Assembly (NCBI GenBank): GCA_030390025.1
Contig: JASTWF010000033.1
Coordinates: forward strand, 746,001-810,000
Length of the DNA stretch: 64,000 bases
Source of the DNA: Squalus acanthias
Taxonomy: Eukaryota
Direction of reading: 5' to 3'
In this document: piece after piece, positions 1-11,998 of the stretch
Layout of the letters: the number at the start of each line of letters is the position of its first letter
Numbering within the stretch: position 1 is the stretch's first letter
The notes under the pieces: generated by a model
What the model saw: the letters and a program-made list of their open reading frames with translations, nothing else
Told to the model about the DNA's origin: nothing
Database searches by the model: none
Program-made: the position numbers and the translations under genes

Positions 1-340
1 TTTTGCCGATTCCATTTAATCTCTGTCTTCTTACTGACCCTGCTGCCAGTGGAAAAAGTGTCTCCTCAGTTACTCTGTGAAAAAGCATCCTGATTTTAAA
101 CACCTCCATTAAATCTCCACTTAACCTTCTCTTCTCTAAGGAGAACAATTCCATCTTCCCTAGTCTCCCCATGTAACTGAAGTCTCTGTTACCATTCTAG
201 TAACTCCCCTCTGCACCCGCTGCAAGACCTTCACAGACTCCCTAAGGTCTGGTACCTAGAATTGGACACAATACTCCAGCTGAGGCCAAGCCAGTGGTCG
301 ATAAAGATTGAGCCAAATATCCTTGCCTTTGTACTCTAGG
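1..340 (-). mobile_element. CR1 LINE 3' ORF2 fragment
   Basis: Reverse complement of the CR1 C-terminal region (LEYCVQF-like; GDLMEVFKI-like). Confidence 0.7.
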
Positions 341-1165
341 GGCAAAACAGTGGCAGATCGATTTCAACGTGGGAAATGTTTACATCATCCACTTTGGAGC
401 TAAGAAAGATAGATCACAGTATTTTCTAAATGTCGAGAAACTTGGAATTGTGGATCAGCAGAGAGAATTATGGCCCCGTCTACAGAAATCAATAAGAGCT
501 AAACGATAGTTACACAAATAAGTAAAAAGGCTAAAGGAATGTTAGCCTTTATCTCAAGAGGGCTGGAATACAAAGGGATATAAGTTATCGTGCAACTGTA
601 CAGAGCTGTGGTTAGACCCCATTGTGAGTCATGTGTTAAGATCTGGACACTGCATCTCAGGAAGAATATGTTGGTTTTGGAGGGGGTGCAGCTGAGATTC
701 ACTACAATGATATCGGGGCTAAAGGCTTAAATTATGAGGACTTAATGCATAGACGACGCTTTTATTCGCTTGAATGTCCAATATTAGGGGTGGATTTAAC
801 TGATTTTTTTAAGATGTTCGAATGAATTGATAGGATAGAAAGGGATAGACTATTACCTCTGGGGGAGGAGCCTGGAAAAAGGGGTTAACCTCTTCAAGTC
901 TGGTCCATTCAGTGGTAATGTTAGAAAGCATTTCTTCACATAAAGGGTAGTGAAAATCTGGAACTCTCGCTCTCAAAATATTTTTGAGGTTAGGTCATTT
1001 GAAAATTTCAAAACTGAGATTGATAGATTTCTGTTAATCAAGCATATTTAGGGTTACGGATCCAAGGTGGATACACTGATTTAGGATACAGATCAAACAT
1101 GATCTAATTGAATGGTGGAACAGGCTCACGGGGATGAAAGAACAACTCCTGTTCTTATATTCCAG
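341..1165 (+). mobile_element. CR1 LINE 3' fragment, degenerate
   Basis: GMLAFISRGLEYK-like coding remnant followed by a CR1 3' UTR (catgatctaattgaatggtggaacaggctc). Confidence 0.8.
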
Positions 1166-1169
1166 TATT

Positions 1170-1585
1170 CCATTTATCGTGTCATCTGCAAACTTCGAAA
1201 TGATGCCCTGTATACCCAAGTCCAGGTCATTAATATATATCAAAAAGAGCAGTGATACTAATGCCGACACCTGGGGACAGCACTTTAAACTGATCTGCAG
1301 TCTTTAAAACATCGGTTCACCATACACTCTGCTTTTAGTCCCTTAGCCAGTTTCGCATCCGTCCTGCCATTGCACCACTAATATCATTGGCTACAATTTA
1401 GTAAACAAGTCTATTGTATGGTACTTTATCCAGCGCCTGCTGATGCTTATATACACAGCATCAACTGCAATACCATCAATAATTACCTCCCTTACTTCAT
1501 CGAATATCTCAATCAACACACTCAGGCTCGATTTGCCTTTAACACATCCGTTTTGGCTGCCGTTTATTAACCCATTTTCTTCCAA
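1170..1585 (-). mobile_element. Older CR1 RT fragment (continues at ~6925-7330)
   Basis: ORF remnants YINDLD..ISKFADDT and QNGCVKGKS; homology resumes near 6925 (PVNLTSV-like). Confidence 0.75.
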
Positions 1586-4500
1586 ATAGAGTCATAGAGT
1601 CATAGAGTTATACAGCACAGAAAGAGGCCCTTCAGCCCATCGTGTCCGCGCCAGCCGTCAAGCCCTGTCTATTCTAATCCCACTTTCCAGCACTTGGTCC
1701 GTAGCCTTGCATGCTATGGCGTTTCAAGTGCTCATCTAAATGCTTCATGGATGTTGTGAGGGTTCCTGCCTCTACCACCCTTTCAGGCAGTGAGTTCCTG
1801 ATTCCAACCACCCTCTGGGTGAAAAAGTTTTTAATCAAATCCCCTTTAAACCTCCTGCCCCTTATCTTGAAACTATGCCCCCTGGTTATTGACCCCTCTA
1901 CTAAAGGGACAATTTCCTTTCTATCTATCCTATCTATGCCCCTCATAATTTTGTACACCTCAATCAGGTCCCCCCTCAGCCTTCTCTTCTCTAAGGCAAA
2001 CAACCCCAGCCTGTCCAGTCTCTCTTCATAGCTGAAGCGCTCCAGCCCAGGTAACATCCTGGTGAATCTCCTCTGCACCCTCTCCAATGCAATCACATCC
2101 TTCCTATAGTGTGGCGACCAGAACTGCACACAGTATTCCAGCTGTGGCCTAACTAGCGTTTTGTAGAACTCCATTATAACCTCCCTGCTCTTATATTCTA
2201 TGCCTTGACTAATGAAGGCAAGTATCCAATATGCATTTTTAACCATCTTATCGACCTGTCCTGCTGCCTTGAGGAATCTATGTACATGCACACCAAGGTC
2301 CCACTGATCCTCGGTCCTTCCTAGGGTCCTACCAATCATTGTGTATTCTCTTGCCTTGTTAGTCCTTCCAAAATGCATCACCTCACAATTTTCAGGGTTA
2401 AATTGCATTTGCCACTGTTCTGTCCATCTGACCAAACCGTCTATATCGTCCTGTTGCCAGAAGCTTCCCTCCTCGCTATTTACCACTCCACCAACGTTCG
2501 TGTCATCTGCGACCTTACTGATCATACATCCTACATTCATATCTAAATCATTAATATACACTACAAACAGCAAGGGACCCAGCACCGATCCCTGCGGTAC
2601 ACCACTGGACACAGGCTTCCAGTCTCAAAAACAACCTTCGACCATCATCCTCTGACTCCTGCCACTAAGCCAGTTTTGGATCCAATGTACCAAATTGCCC
2701 TGGATCACATGGGCTCTTACCTTCTTGACCAGTCTCCCATGTTGACTTTGCCAAAAGCCTTACTGAAGTCCATGTAGACCAAATCGACTGCACTACCCTC
2801 ATCCACACACCTAGTCACACCCTCGAACAATTCAATCAAATTGGTCAGACATGATCTCCCCCTGACAAAGCCCTGCTGACTATCCTTGATTAATCCTTGG
2901 CTCTCCAAGTGGAGACTAATTCTGTCATCAGAATGTTTTCCAATAATTTCCCTACCACTGATGTTAGGATCACTGGCCTGTAATTCCCTGGTTTATCCCT
3001 ACTACCCTTCTTGAATAATGGTATTACGTTAGCTGTCCTCCAGGCCTCTGGCACCACCCCTGTGGCCAGAGAGGTTCTGAAAATTTGTGTCAGAGCCCCT
3101 GCAATCTCCTCCCTTGCCTCACACGGCAGCTTGGGATACATCTCGTCTGGGTCTGGGGATTTATCCACTTTTAAGCCCGCTAAAACCGCTAGTACCTCCT
3201 CCCTCTCAATACTAATTTGTTCAAGTATATCACAATCCCCCTGCCTGATTTATTTGCCTACATTGTCCTTCTCCATAGTGAACACAGATGCAAAATATTA
3301 ATTTAAATCCTCACCAACATCTTGCGGCTCTACACACAGATTGCCACTCTGGTCCCTAATGGGCCCTACTCTTTCCCTGGTTATCCTCTTGCCCTTAATA
3401 TACTTATAAAACACCTTGGGATTTTCCTTTATTTTGACCGCCAGTGTTTTTTCATGCCCCCTCTTCGCTCTCATAATTATTTTTTTAAGTACCCCCTGCA
3501 CTTTCTATACTCCACTCGGCCTTCCACTGCTTTTAGTCCTTTGTAAATGCCAAAATTCTCACTTTTTTTCCTAATCCATTCTTGTATATCCCTTGACATC
3601 CAGGGTTCCCTGGACTTGTTGGTCCCACTCTTGACCTTTAGGGGAACATGTTGGCGCTGTACTCTCCCTATTTCCTTTCTAAATGACTCCCACTGCTCTG
3701 ATGTGGATTTCCCTATAATTAGCTGATCCCAGTCCATTTTGGCCAGATCCTATCTTATCATATTAAAATCGGCCTTCCCCCAATTTAGAATCTTTATTTC
3801 TGGTCCATCTTTGTCCTTTTCCATGACTACCTTAAATCTCACCGAATTATGGTCACTGTCACCAAAATGCTCTCCTACTGACACTTCTGCCACTTGTCCG
3901 GCTACATTCCCGAGAATTAGGTCCAGTACCCACCCCTCTCTTGTAGGACTTTCTACATGCTGGCTCAAAAAGCTCTCCTTGTTGCACTTTAAGAATTCTG
4001 CACCCTCTAAGCCTTTCACACTCTGACTATCCCAGTTAATATTGGGGAAGTTGAAATTCCCGACTGTTATTACACTATTATTTCTACACTTCTCTGAGAT
4101 TTGCCTACATATCTGTTCCTCTATCTCCCCATGACTGTTTGGGGGACTAAGTACACTCCCTGCAACGTACTTGCCCCCTTTTCTTTAAGTTCTACCCATA
4201 TGGCCTCATTAGATGAACCTGCTAAGATATCATCCCTCTTTAGAGCAGTAATTGACTCCTTGATTAATATTGCGACACCCACTCCTCTTTTACACCCCCC
4301 TCTGTCTCGCCTGAAGATTCTATAACCCGGAATATTGAGCTGCCAGTCGTGCTCCTCCCTCAACCATGTCTCTGTGATAGTAACAATATCATACTCCCAT
4401 GTGTTCATCAACACCTTCAATTCATCTGCCTTACTCGCAAGACCCCTTGCATTAAAATATATGCCACCGGCCTTGCCAGACTCCCTTGTGTAGGGGGTGG

Positions 4501-6870
4501 TGTGTTTAAGCTTCGCCTCTGATTTCTGAGCGGTTCGAATCGCTCCCAGTCCCTTGGCTCTAGACCTTGCACTTATTTGGGGGTTGTGACAAAAGTGCAG
4601 CAGGCAACTGGTTTTGCTGCAAGAACTTTGATCTTTATTCAAGAGAGTAAATATAACACAACAATCTTAACACTCTAATAAAATGGGGAACACTTCGGTA
4701 CATACGAGGGAAAATCACATTAGAAGAATAGCTCAGCCCTACCAATCCCACTTTACTAGCGAAGTTGGACTGCAGAGGACCAGTGATAATGCTCACCAAA
4801 AGAATCCTTGACAGTTGAGCTGGTTCGCGGTTTTGGGGTTCCCTGTATTGGATTTTATCGGGTGAGGATCCACTTTTCCTCTGTTAGAGATAGGGTTTAG
4901 AGTCTTTTTAAGTAAAAAGTTTCGTAAGGCCCTTGGAGCCGCGAGGCGTCTGATGGTCACTGGAACTGTTGATCTGGTTTCTTCTCGCTTGTCGGCCTGC
5001 TTCTGGAGCTGCTGGCCTGCTTTGTTGAACTTCTTTCTGTTGCCCCCTCGCCTTGTTGAACTGTCTTCTTCAGAGCTGTGGAACTGCCTTTTTGCAGAAC
5101 TGTGCAACTGCCTACTGCCAGATTGCTTGCTGATGAACTGACTGCTGACCTCCTGCTTGTTGTAACTGTGTAACTGCTCCACCCTTGAACTTGTAGAGAA
5201 CTTGTTGTAACTGCTGAACTGACTTCTTGAGAAAACAGACTTCCATTATATTAATTAGTCCCGGTTTATTGTAAGATTTTGGCGGGTTCGTCATCAGTAA
5301 CTTGTATATAAATATGTGAAGTGGTTTCAGGATGGCTCCATCCTGTCTTGATTGTAGTTGATTGTTCTCAGGTTTTGAGTTTCTTGACTGGGCCAGAGAT
5401 TTCTATAGAGGGGGCCAAAGTGACCTGTTTTATATATGGTTCTGATGGGTCCTGTAATTTGGGTGGGGACTGCTCTTCCTCGGGTCTATTGTTGGGATGT
5501 TAATGTCTGCTAGGGGCCGATTTAACTCCTAGCGAGGTCATGCGGTTCCCCAGACAGCTTGCATTAACTCCAATATCCAAACTGTCTTTACAGAGGTTGG
5601 ACCCACCTTCCTTTACATCCTTTTCTCCCTTACATGTCCAGACATGTCTTTTAAAATACCAAATCATAGATTTTGCTCTAAAAGTCCTTCGTTTAGGTCC
5701 AATGCATTTCACCACCCTGAAATAGTTAGAAAAGAGTCCAAAGTCCTTTTCCTTAGGGTTTGTCTTCGCGTTTTGGGGGATCTGTGAATTTTGAGAATCT
5801 TACACTTGTGCCGTTACATATTTGCTCTGCCTTCCAGACTGACTTGTTTTTTCCTCTATATTTGGTTGTGCATCATCCCTAATATAGCTCCACTCCGTAT
5901 CCCTTTCCCCTGCCAAGTTCGTTTAATCCCCACCCCCAACAGAACTAGCAAGCCTCCCCGCAACGATGTTGGTCCAGCTCTGGTTGAGGTGCAACCCTTC
6001 CGACTTGTACAAGTCCCACCTTCCCCAGAAGCAGAGCCAGTAATCCAGGAATCTAAAGCCCTCCCTCCTGCATCAACTCTTTAGCCACGCATTCATCTGC
6101 TCTATCCTCCTATTCCTATACTCACTAGCACGTGGCACCGGGAGTAATCCAGACATTACAACCTTTGTGTTCCTGCTTTATAATCTGCTACCTAGCTCCC
6201 TAAATTCTTGTTGCAGGGCCTCATCCCTCTTTCTACCTATGTCTTTGGTACCAATGTGAACCACGACCTCTGACTGTTCGCCCTCCCCCTTCAGAATGCC
6301 CTGCCGCCTTTCAGTGACATCCTTGACCCTGGCAACAGGGAGGCAACATACCATCCTGGATTCACGTCTGCGGCCGCAGAAACGCCTGTCTGCACCCCTC
6401 ATAATTGAGTCTCCTACCACTATTGCCCATCCACTCTTACTCCTCCCCGCTTGGGCAGCTGAGCCACCCACAGTGCCGTGAACTTGGCTCTGGCTGCACT
6501 CCCCAGAGGAACCGTCACTTTCACCGTTTTCCAACACAGAAAAACGGTTGTTGAGTGAGATGCACTCTCGGGCTTTCCTGACGGACTGCCTGCCCCTTCT
6601 TCTGACTGGTGGTCACCCATTCCGTCTCTGACTGCACTTTCTTAAGCTGCGGGGTGACCACGTCTAAAATCGTGCTATCCACGTAACTTTAAACATCGTG
6701 GATACATCGCAGTTCCTACAGCTGACGCTCGATCTGCGAAAACCGGAACTCAAGTTGGCCGAACCGTTGGCACTTACTGCACACGTGGTCAGCCTGACTG
6801 CAAGAAGCGTCTAGGAATTCCCACATGTTGCAGGCCGTGCAACGCACGGGACTGAGGTCCCCTGTCACAC
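1586..6870 (-). mobile_element. Near-full-length CR1 LINE (ORF1 esterase + ORF2 APE endonuclease/RT), decayed, interrupted by a solo LTR
   Basis: 3' tail (atagagtc)n at 1586-1610; RT motifs [23 protein letters not shown] motifs ITETWL, GDSDHN; ORF1 SGNH motif VGDSIMRG at ~6400. Confidence 0.93.
4489..5804 (-). mobile_element. Solo LTR (1316 bp) of an LTR retroelement/ERV
   Basis: Ends TGTA...TACA; 4-bp TSD CTTG at 4485-4488 and 5805-5808; the host CR1 rejoins across it. The minus strand has a TATA-like motif (~5430) then AATAAA (4634-4639). Confidence 0.8.
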
Positions 6871-7651
6871 TTTTAATTAAAAAATTCTTACTTAAATTTA
6901 AAATTCCAAGTGACCATTAATTTTGTCCCTGATTAATATCTCTGGTAGTATCCTCAACACCGATGTTAGGTTGACTGGGCTCTAGTTCCCTGGTTTATCA
7001 ATCTCCCTTTTTTAAAAGGGATGTAACATTTGCAACGCTCCAGTCCTCCGGCGCCACTCCCATATCCAGGCAGGATTGAAAGATTGTGACCAGAGCCTTA
7101 CTTCTCTCAGCAACCTGGGATGCAACCCATCCAGACCGGGTGACTTTTCCACTTCGAGCGCTGTCAATCATTTTAGTACCTCATGCTTGTCTATTTATAT
7201 CGTATCTAATTTCTCTACGGCCTCCTCCTTTACAGTAAGATTTGCAGCATCGTCTTCTTTAGTGAAGTCAGATGGAAAGTGCTCCTTTAGTGCGTCAGCC
7301 ATGTCCTCTGAGTACACAAGATCCTTAATCAGCCCACATTTCCGAGAACTATCCTTTTGCACTTTATATATTGAAAGACTTTATTCCCTTTTATGTTACC
7401 GCGAATTATTGCTTATATATTCTCCTTGCCCCTCTCGTTTCCTTTTTCAGTTCTCTGTACTTTCTATACTCAGCTTGGTTGCTTTTTGGTCTGTTGTTGC
7501 TGTCGTGTGTTTATTATACAATTGTCAGCGTGTGTGAAGCAGCAAAATACTCAATTTTACACGATCTCAAACTTTATTATAATTCAATGCCGGTGTATAT
7601 CTTCAACATTAGTATAGAGGAATCACTGATCCGAGATTAATCGCTTTTACA

Positions 7652-7706
7652 TTTCCCCAGTGGGGAAAGGAAAGGACGCTGACTGAGAGTTTGATTGGAC
7701 GCACGT
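7652..7706 (+). promoter_or_regulatory. Candidate promoter motif cluster upstream of the NLR
   Basis: Palindrome TTTCCCCA-G-TGGGGAAA (7652-7668), EICE/IRF-like GGAAAGGAAA (7664-7673), reverse CCAAT (ATTGG, ~7694) and E-box CACGTG (7701). Motif matches only. Confidence 0.3.
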
Positions 7707-8260
7707 GTGTGGGCACACAAACAGCGAGACACGCGCACAAGTGGATTATTTTGATTGTAAAACAGCATGAAAATCTATCACTTGTATATTTATGGCCATT
7801 TCTGAGATAGTAAGGCCACGAAATATATTCCAGAAAACAATGCTGTGGTCATCGAACTTTTTTAAGTTAAGTGATTCATAACATTATACATTAGTGTTAA
7901 TATTAATGGAAAAGCGGTAAATGTCCTCACCTCCTACAGTGCACATTAGTCAGGTGCTGACAACATGAGAGATAAGGTCAATATATTCAAATAGAAACAC
8001 CAACCAGGACACATCTCCATGAACACACGGACAATGTCACTGCCCATAGAGACCAGAGGGATCACACCCAGCTATATATTGTGTATGTGGATACATCTCA
8101 TATTCATAAACTAACAGAATTGAATATCAAAACTCAACCAATCAAAATCATTCAACACAAATCTGTGAAGTAAAATAATCCAATACCGCCAAACTGTGTA
8201 AAATCGAGTGAAGGTTCATTTTATTCATCAATGATCACACCGCTTCATATTTCCCTCCAG

Positions 8261-8305
8261 AACATTCTCTACCTCAGGAATAAGGCTGGTTTTGGCCTGC
8301 ATTGT
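8261..8305 (+). other. Possible non-coding 5' UTR micro-exon of the NLR gene
   Basis: Acceptor tttccctccag ends at 8260 and donor GTGAGT starts at 8306. The ATG exon itself has an acceptor (..tgcatcag, 8598), implying an upstream exon. Confidence 0.3.
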
Positions 8306-8622
8306 GTGAGTAAATCTCACCAATAGGCGCTCCCAGTGCGGAGTCTCGGCCGACGGGAGTCCGTCTGGAACTCGGTTGTGGAGATCAGCGGGACTCAGTG
8401 GATTTCACTGGGCAGCTGTCTGTGTCACACCTGATGTGGAGAGTTGATCGTAACACTCGGGAAATGCTCGATCCTGGAGCGAACAACTGTTGTACAGATA
8501 GGGGAGGAGCGACTTGATATCGTGTGTAACAAGGAAACGTTCTCCTTCTCTTTTTAATATTTCCGTCTATTGATATTATATTTATTCAACTGCATCAGAA
8601 TCTGTGAACGCCTGTCAACACC

Positions 8623-8686
8623 ATGGCTGAAGGTCTAACTAGGGGAGAAGATCCAACATCTTCAACAAGAATGAGAATGGACACAG
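8623..8686 (+). CDS. NLR coding exon 1 (MAEGLTRGEDPTSSTRMRMDT)
   Basis: Kozak-like accATGG. The phase-1 end joins exon 2 (G+AT = Asp). Donor is non-canonical AG|GCAGAT. Confidence 0.6.
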
Positions 8687-8719
8687 GCAGATTTACAAAA
8701 TACTTCAAAATACAATGTC

Positions 8720-9480
8720 GATCCTGTCAAAGGGTCCAGATCTCGTGCAACAACCTACAGGTCACACAGGAAGAGGTAACAGGACAGGAACTGATTACAA
8801 AGAGGGAAGTGAGTCACCATCTAAGAGGGGCATCAAAGCCACAGGTGGAGGGAGCCCCCGAGTACTGGAACTGTCCAATAGATACCTGGTATTGGGGATT
8901 GTAAGGTGGATACAGGCAGTGACTCAGAGGAGGGTCTTCCTGAGCAATAGTGGCACCAGGGAGCAGGATACCACCACGAGTGTGGAGGGGGCGAGAGGCA
9001 GGTGGGGCACAGGAATAGGAGAGCGATAGTGGTAAGAGATTCTATAGTCAGGGGAATAGACAGACACTTCTGCAGCCCTGAGTAGGTCCGGAATGGTAAG
9101 TTACCTTCCTGGTGCCAGAGGGAAGGGGATGCTGGAACAGGTGGGGCCATTTCTGGGGAGAAAAGGAGAGCAGAAAATAGTTATGGTCGGAACCAATAAC
9201 ACTGATAGAAAAACGTTTTCGAGGGACTGTGATGACTTATGCACTAAACTAAACAACAAGGCCTCAAGCTGTTGATTTCTGAATTGTTTTGCACTGGGCC
9301 GCTTAGGGAGGGAAATAGAAGGCAGTTCAATGTGCGGCTGCAGGGCTAAAGCAGGAGGGAAGGTTTCACACTCTCGGGGCACCAGAGTGAGCTTGGGGAG
9401 AAGAGATGGGTCGGCCGCGATCTGAACCGACCAACAACAATGGTTTTACAGAAAAGGTGAATGGAGCAGTGGGAAGGGTT
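8720..9480 (+). mobile_element. Degenerate CR1 ORF1 (esterase) remnant in NLR intron 1
   Basis: DSIVRGIDRHFC / LPGARG / VGTNN motifs like the other ORF1 copies in the window. Confidence 0.65.
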
Positions 9481-9879
9481 TCAGCTGATATGACTAGAAA
9501 GTGGAAAATATCCGCTTCTGAGACTAGAGCGTATAATTATTAAAACTGTTGGAGCTGAAAAAGAAGATTTAAGAAATAGTGAAAAGTTATTAGCAAGAAA
9601 AAGGAAGAAGAATTTGAAATAGTGAGAGATAAAGTCACTTGTTTTTAAAAAAAAGAAACGGGACAAGTAAACTTTCCAAACATTGGAGCTCGTAATTGAC
9701 TGTGGTGTACACATCATTATATACATTCAGAAGCATGAGAGATGTGATCTGGTATCTATCAGACAGTGCCTGGGTTTTCACAGTATTCAGAGGGAAATGT
9801 TTCTGGTTATAGCATTTTGAGGGAAGAGTAAAACATTTGTGGAAGGCAGTATTATTAAAGCGTTCTATGAGAGCGTCGA

Positions 9880-10080
9880 ACAACAGTAAGAACAAACTGG
9901 GGTTTACATAGCACGTTTAATGTAGTAAAACGTCTCAAGGTGCTTCACAGAAGTGTTATTTATCAAAATTTGACACAGAACCACATAAGGATATATGAGG
10001 ACAGGTGAACAAAAGCTTGCTCAAAGAGATAGGCTTTAAGGAATGTCTCAAAGGAGGAGAGAGAGACGGAGAGGTTTAGA
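9880..10080 (-). mobile_element. L2 3' end fragment
   Basis: Reverse complement of the tgtgaagcacc...ttttactac tail shared with L2 copies at ~25760 and ~52970. Confidence 0.6.
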
Positions 10081-10839
10081 ACATACCGGTGTTCCAGGGA
10101 GCTGTGGTAAGATGGAATCCATATGAACGCAGTTCAGCAATAGGAAGGGAAATAGAATAATTCTCAGTGGGTTTGCAGGTCAGCCAGCACTGGATGTGAG
10201 ATAGAGGGGGAACTAGAGAAATTTGCTGTGGAGGATGCAATTTTGGGGTGATACAAAATATTTCCGTTACTTTCTAAAAATGATGGTGGAAGTGAAAATG
10301 TTAATGTAATAGAGGAGGTTGTGGGGCGACAGTTAGAGATCATTGTAGAGCAGGATTTGGATCTGAATAAAATAGTCGAGTTGGATAAGTCACTGGGCTC
10401 AGAAATAATGCACCCAGACTGTTAAAGGAAGTCAGAGAGGAGATAGGAGGATCTCTGAACACAATATTTCAATCCTCGTTTGATATCAAAAATATACAGG
10501 TGAACTCAAGGAGCCCAAACAATGTTTCTGTTATAATATGGAGAGAGGAGCAACCGGGTAACCAGGGACCAATGTGTACAGACATCACAAATCTGTTAAT
10601 CCATGTCGAATTAGTGAGCATTTAATGATAGAGGATGAGGAGGGGAGGCTGGAATTGCTCGGCTGTAGAAAAGTCGTGTTTGACAATTTTACGAACAATG
10701 ATGGACAGGTGAAAACCCTTTGGTCCATCCAGACTTTCCCAGGCAATTGCGATAATTTGTCGTCCTGTCCCAACCAAAACCATGTGATCTCCTGGGTGAG
10801 TTGAAAAAAACAGTTAAAAACACATGCCAATTTGTGGGA

Positions 10840-11640
10840 TTAATATACCAGAAATACCTCTTGGGCCCATCTAGGCGATCGAAACTAATCCATCTGATCG
10901 CTCTTCCACTGGATCCCCTGAACTGCCAACCTGTTGTAAGAGGTGATATCCGCCCCAAACAGAAACATTTTCAGCTGTTGGTTGAATGAATTCAGCGAGT
11001 CAGCGTCCTCCACCAGAGAAGGTATACTGTTCCAGATGTCGAATATTCTCTGGGAAAAGATCCACATTTAACTTAAATCTGGCCTTGCACAACTTAAAAT
11101 TGTGACCCCTGGTCCTCCCTAACCTATTTGATTGGAAGAACCTTTTAACTGGATCAGTATCAATTCCCTTCTTCATCTTATAAACCCGAAGCAAATCACC
11201 TTCTCTAAAGTGTAGAGTCCAAACTTTTAGCCTATCTTGATAACTAAGATGCTTTTTACTGGGAATTAGTCTGATGTCCCTCCACTGCAACAGTTTCAAA
11301 GCCTCAATATCACCCACCATGTGATGAGACCAAAACTGGACACAGTATTCCAAGTGCGGCCCTTACCAAGGTCTTGTACTAGGACAAAATAAGTCTTCTT
11401 ATACACAATTACCCTATGAATGCACCCGCAAACCCCTTTTGTTCTAGCTCTCACTTCACGGCATTGCTCCTGTACTTTAGAGATGCACTAGACTGACCCG
11501 ATCTTCCTTTCTCCCCCTTCTTTAATGCTTCTCCATGAAGGGTGTATGAATGTTGAACAATAGCCCTGTCCACAGGCATAACACTGTAATTATCCAAGTT
11601 AAACATCATTTGCCAGTCATGAGCCAAACCTCCCAACACA
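10840..11640 (-). mobile_element. CR1-clade LINE 3' fragment
   Basis: EYCVQFWS, GRTRGHNFKL and FSQRIFDIWNSIP remnants. Confidence 0.8.
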
Positions 11641-11831
11641 TTAAGATGCAGTTTTGTTGAGGTGTGACTATACAGGTTGATGGAATATTGTACATGAGGT
11701 GTGAATGGGTTATCAGAAGGTGATTGGTAATGTGGCTCACAGGAGTCTTAAGCCGTTTGGTATAAGAAGAAATGTAGCCGCCTGGGTAGAAAGTGGATAA
11801 TGTGTTATGTTTGCTCCATTTGTGTTCACAG

Positions 11832-11998
11832 ATCCGAACTCCACAATCACTGAGTTGTTGATAAAGTGCGACGATTACCAGCTGTTCCAGTTCACGAAAT
11901 TCTACCGGGACAGACTGGAACAGGCGATTGAAGGAGGGGTGGACGGAGTCAGCTCTTTGTTAACAGACGAGAGGCATTTCAGTGGACAAGAACATCGG
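11832..11998 (+). CDS. NLR exon 2, first half of CARD-like death-fold domain
   Basis: ttcacag acceptor and CGG|GTAAGT donor; encodes PNSTITELLIKCDDYQLFQFTKFYRDRLEQAIEGGVDGVSSLLTDERHFSGQEHR. Confidence 0.85.

Noticed and set aside
1711..2655. Antisense ORFs over CR1 ORF2 (also 15706, 16405, 31481, 56652, 61930)
   Set aside because: Shadow frames of LINE coding sequence that recur in every copy.
4793..5294. Gln-rich ORFs as a host or viral accessory gene
   Set aside because: They lie inside the solo LTR and arise from its short internal repeats.
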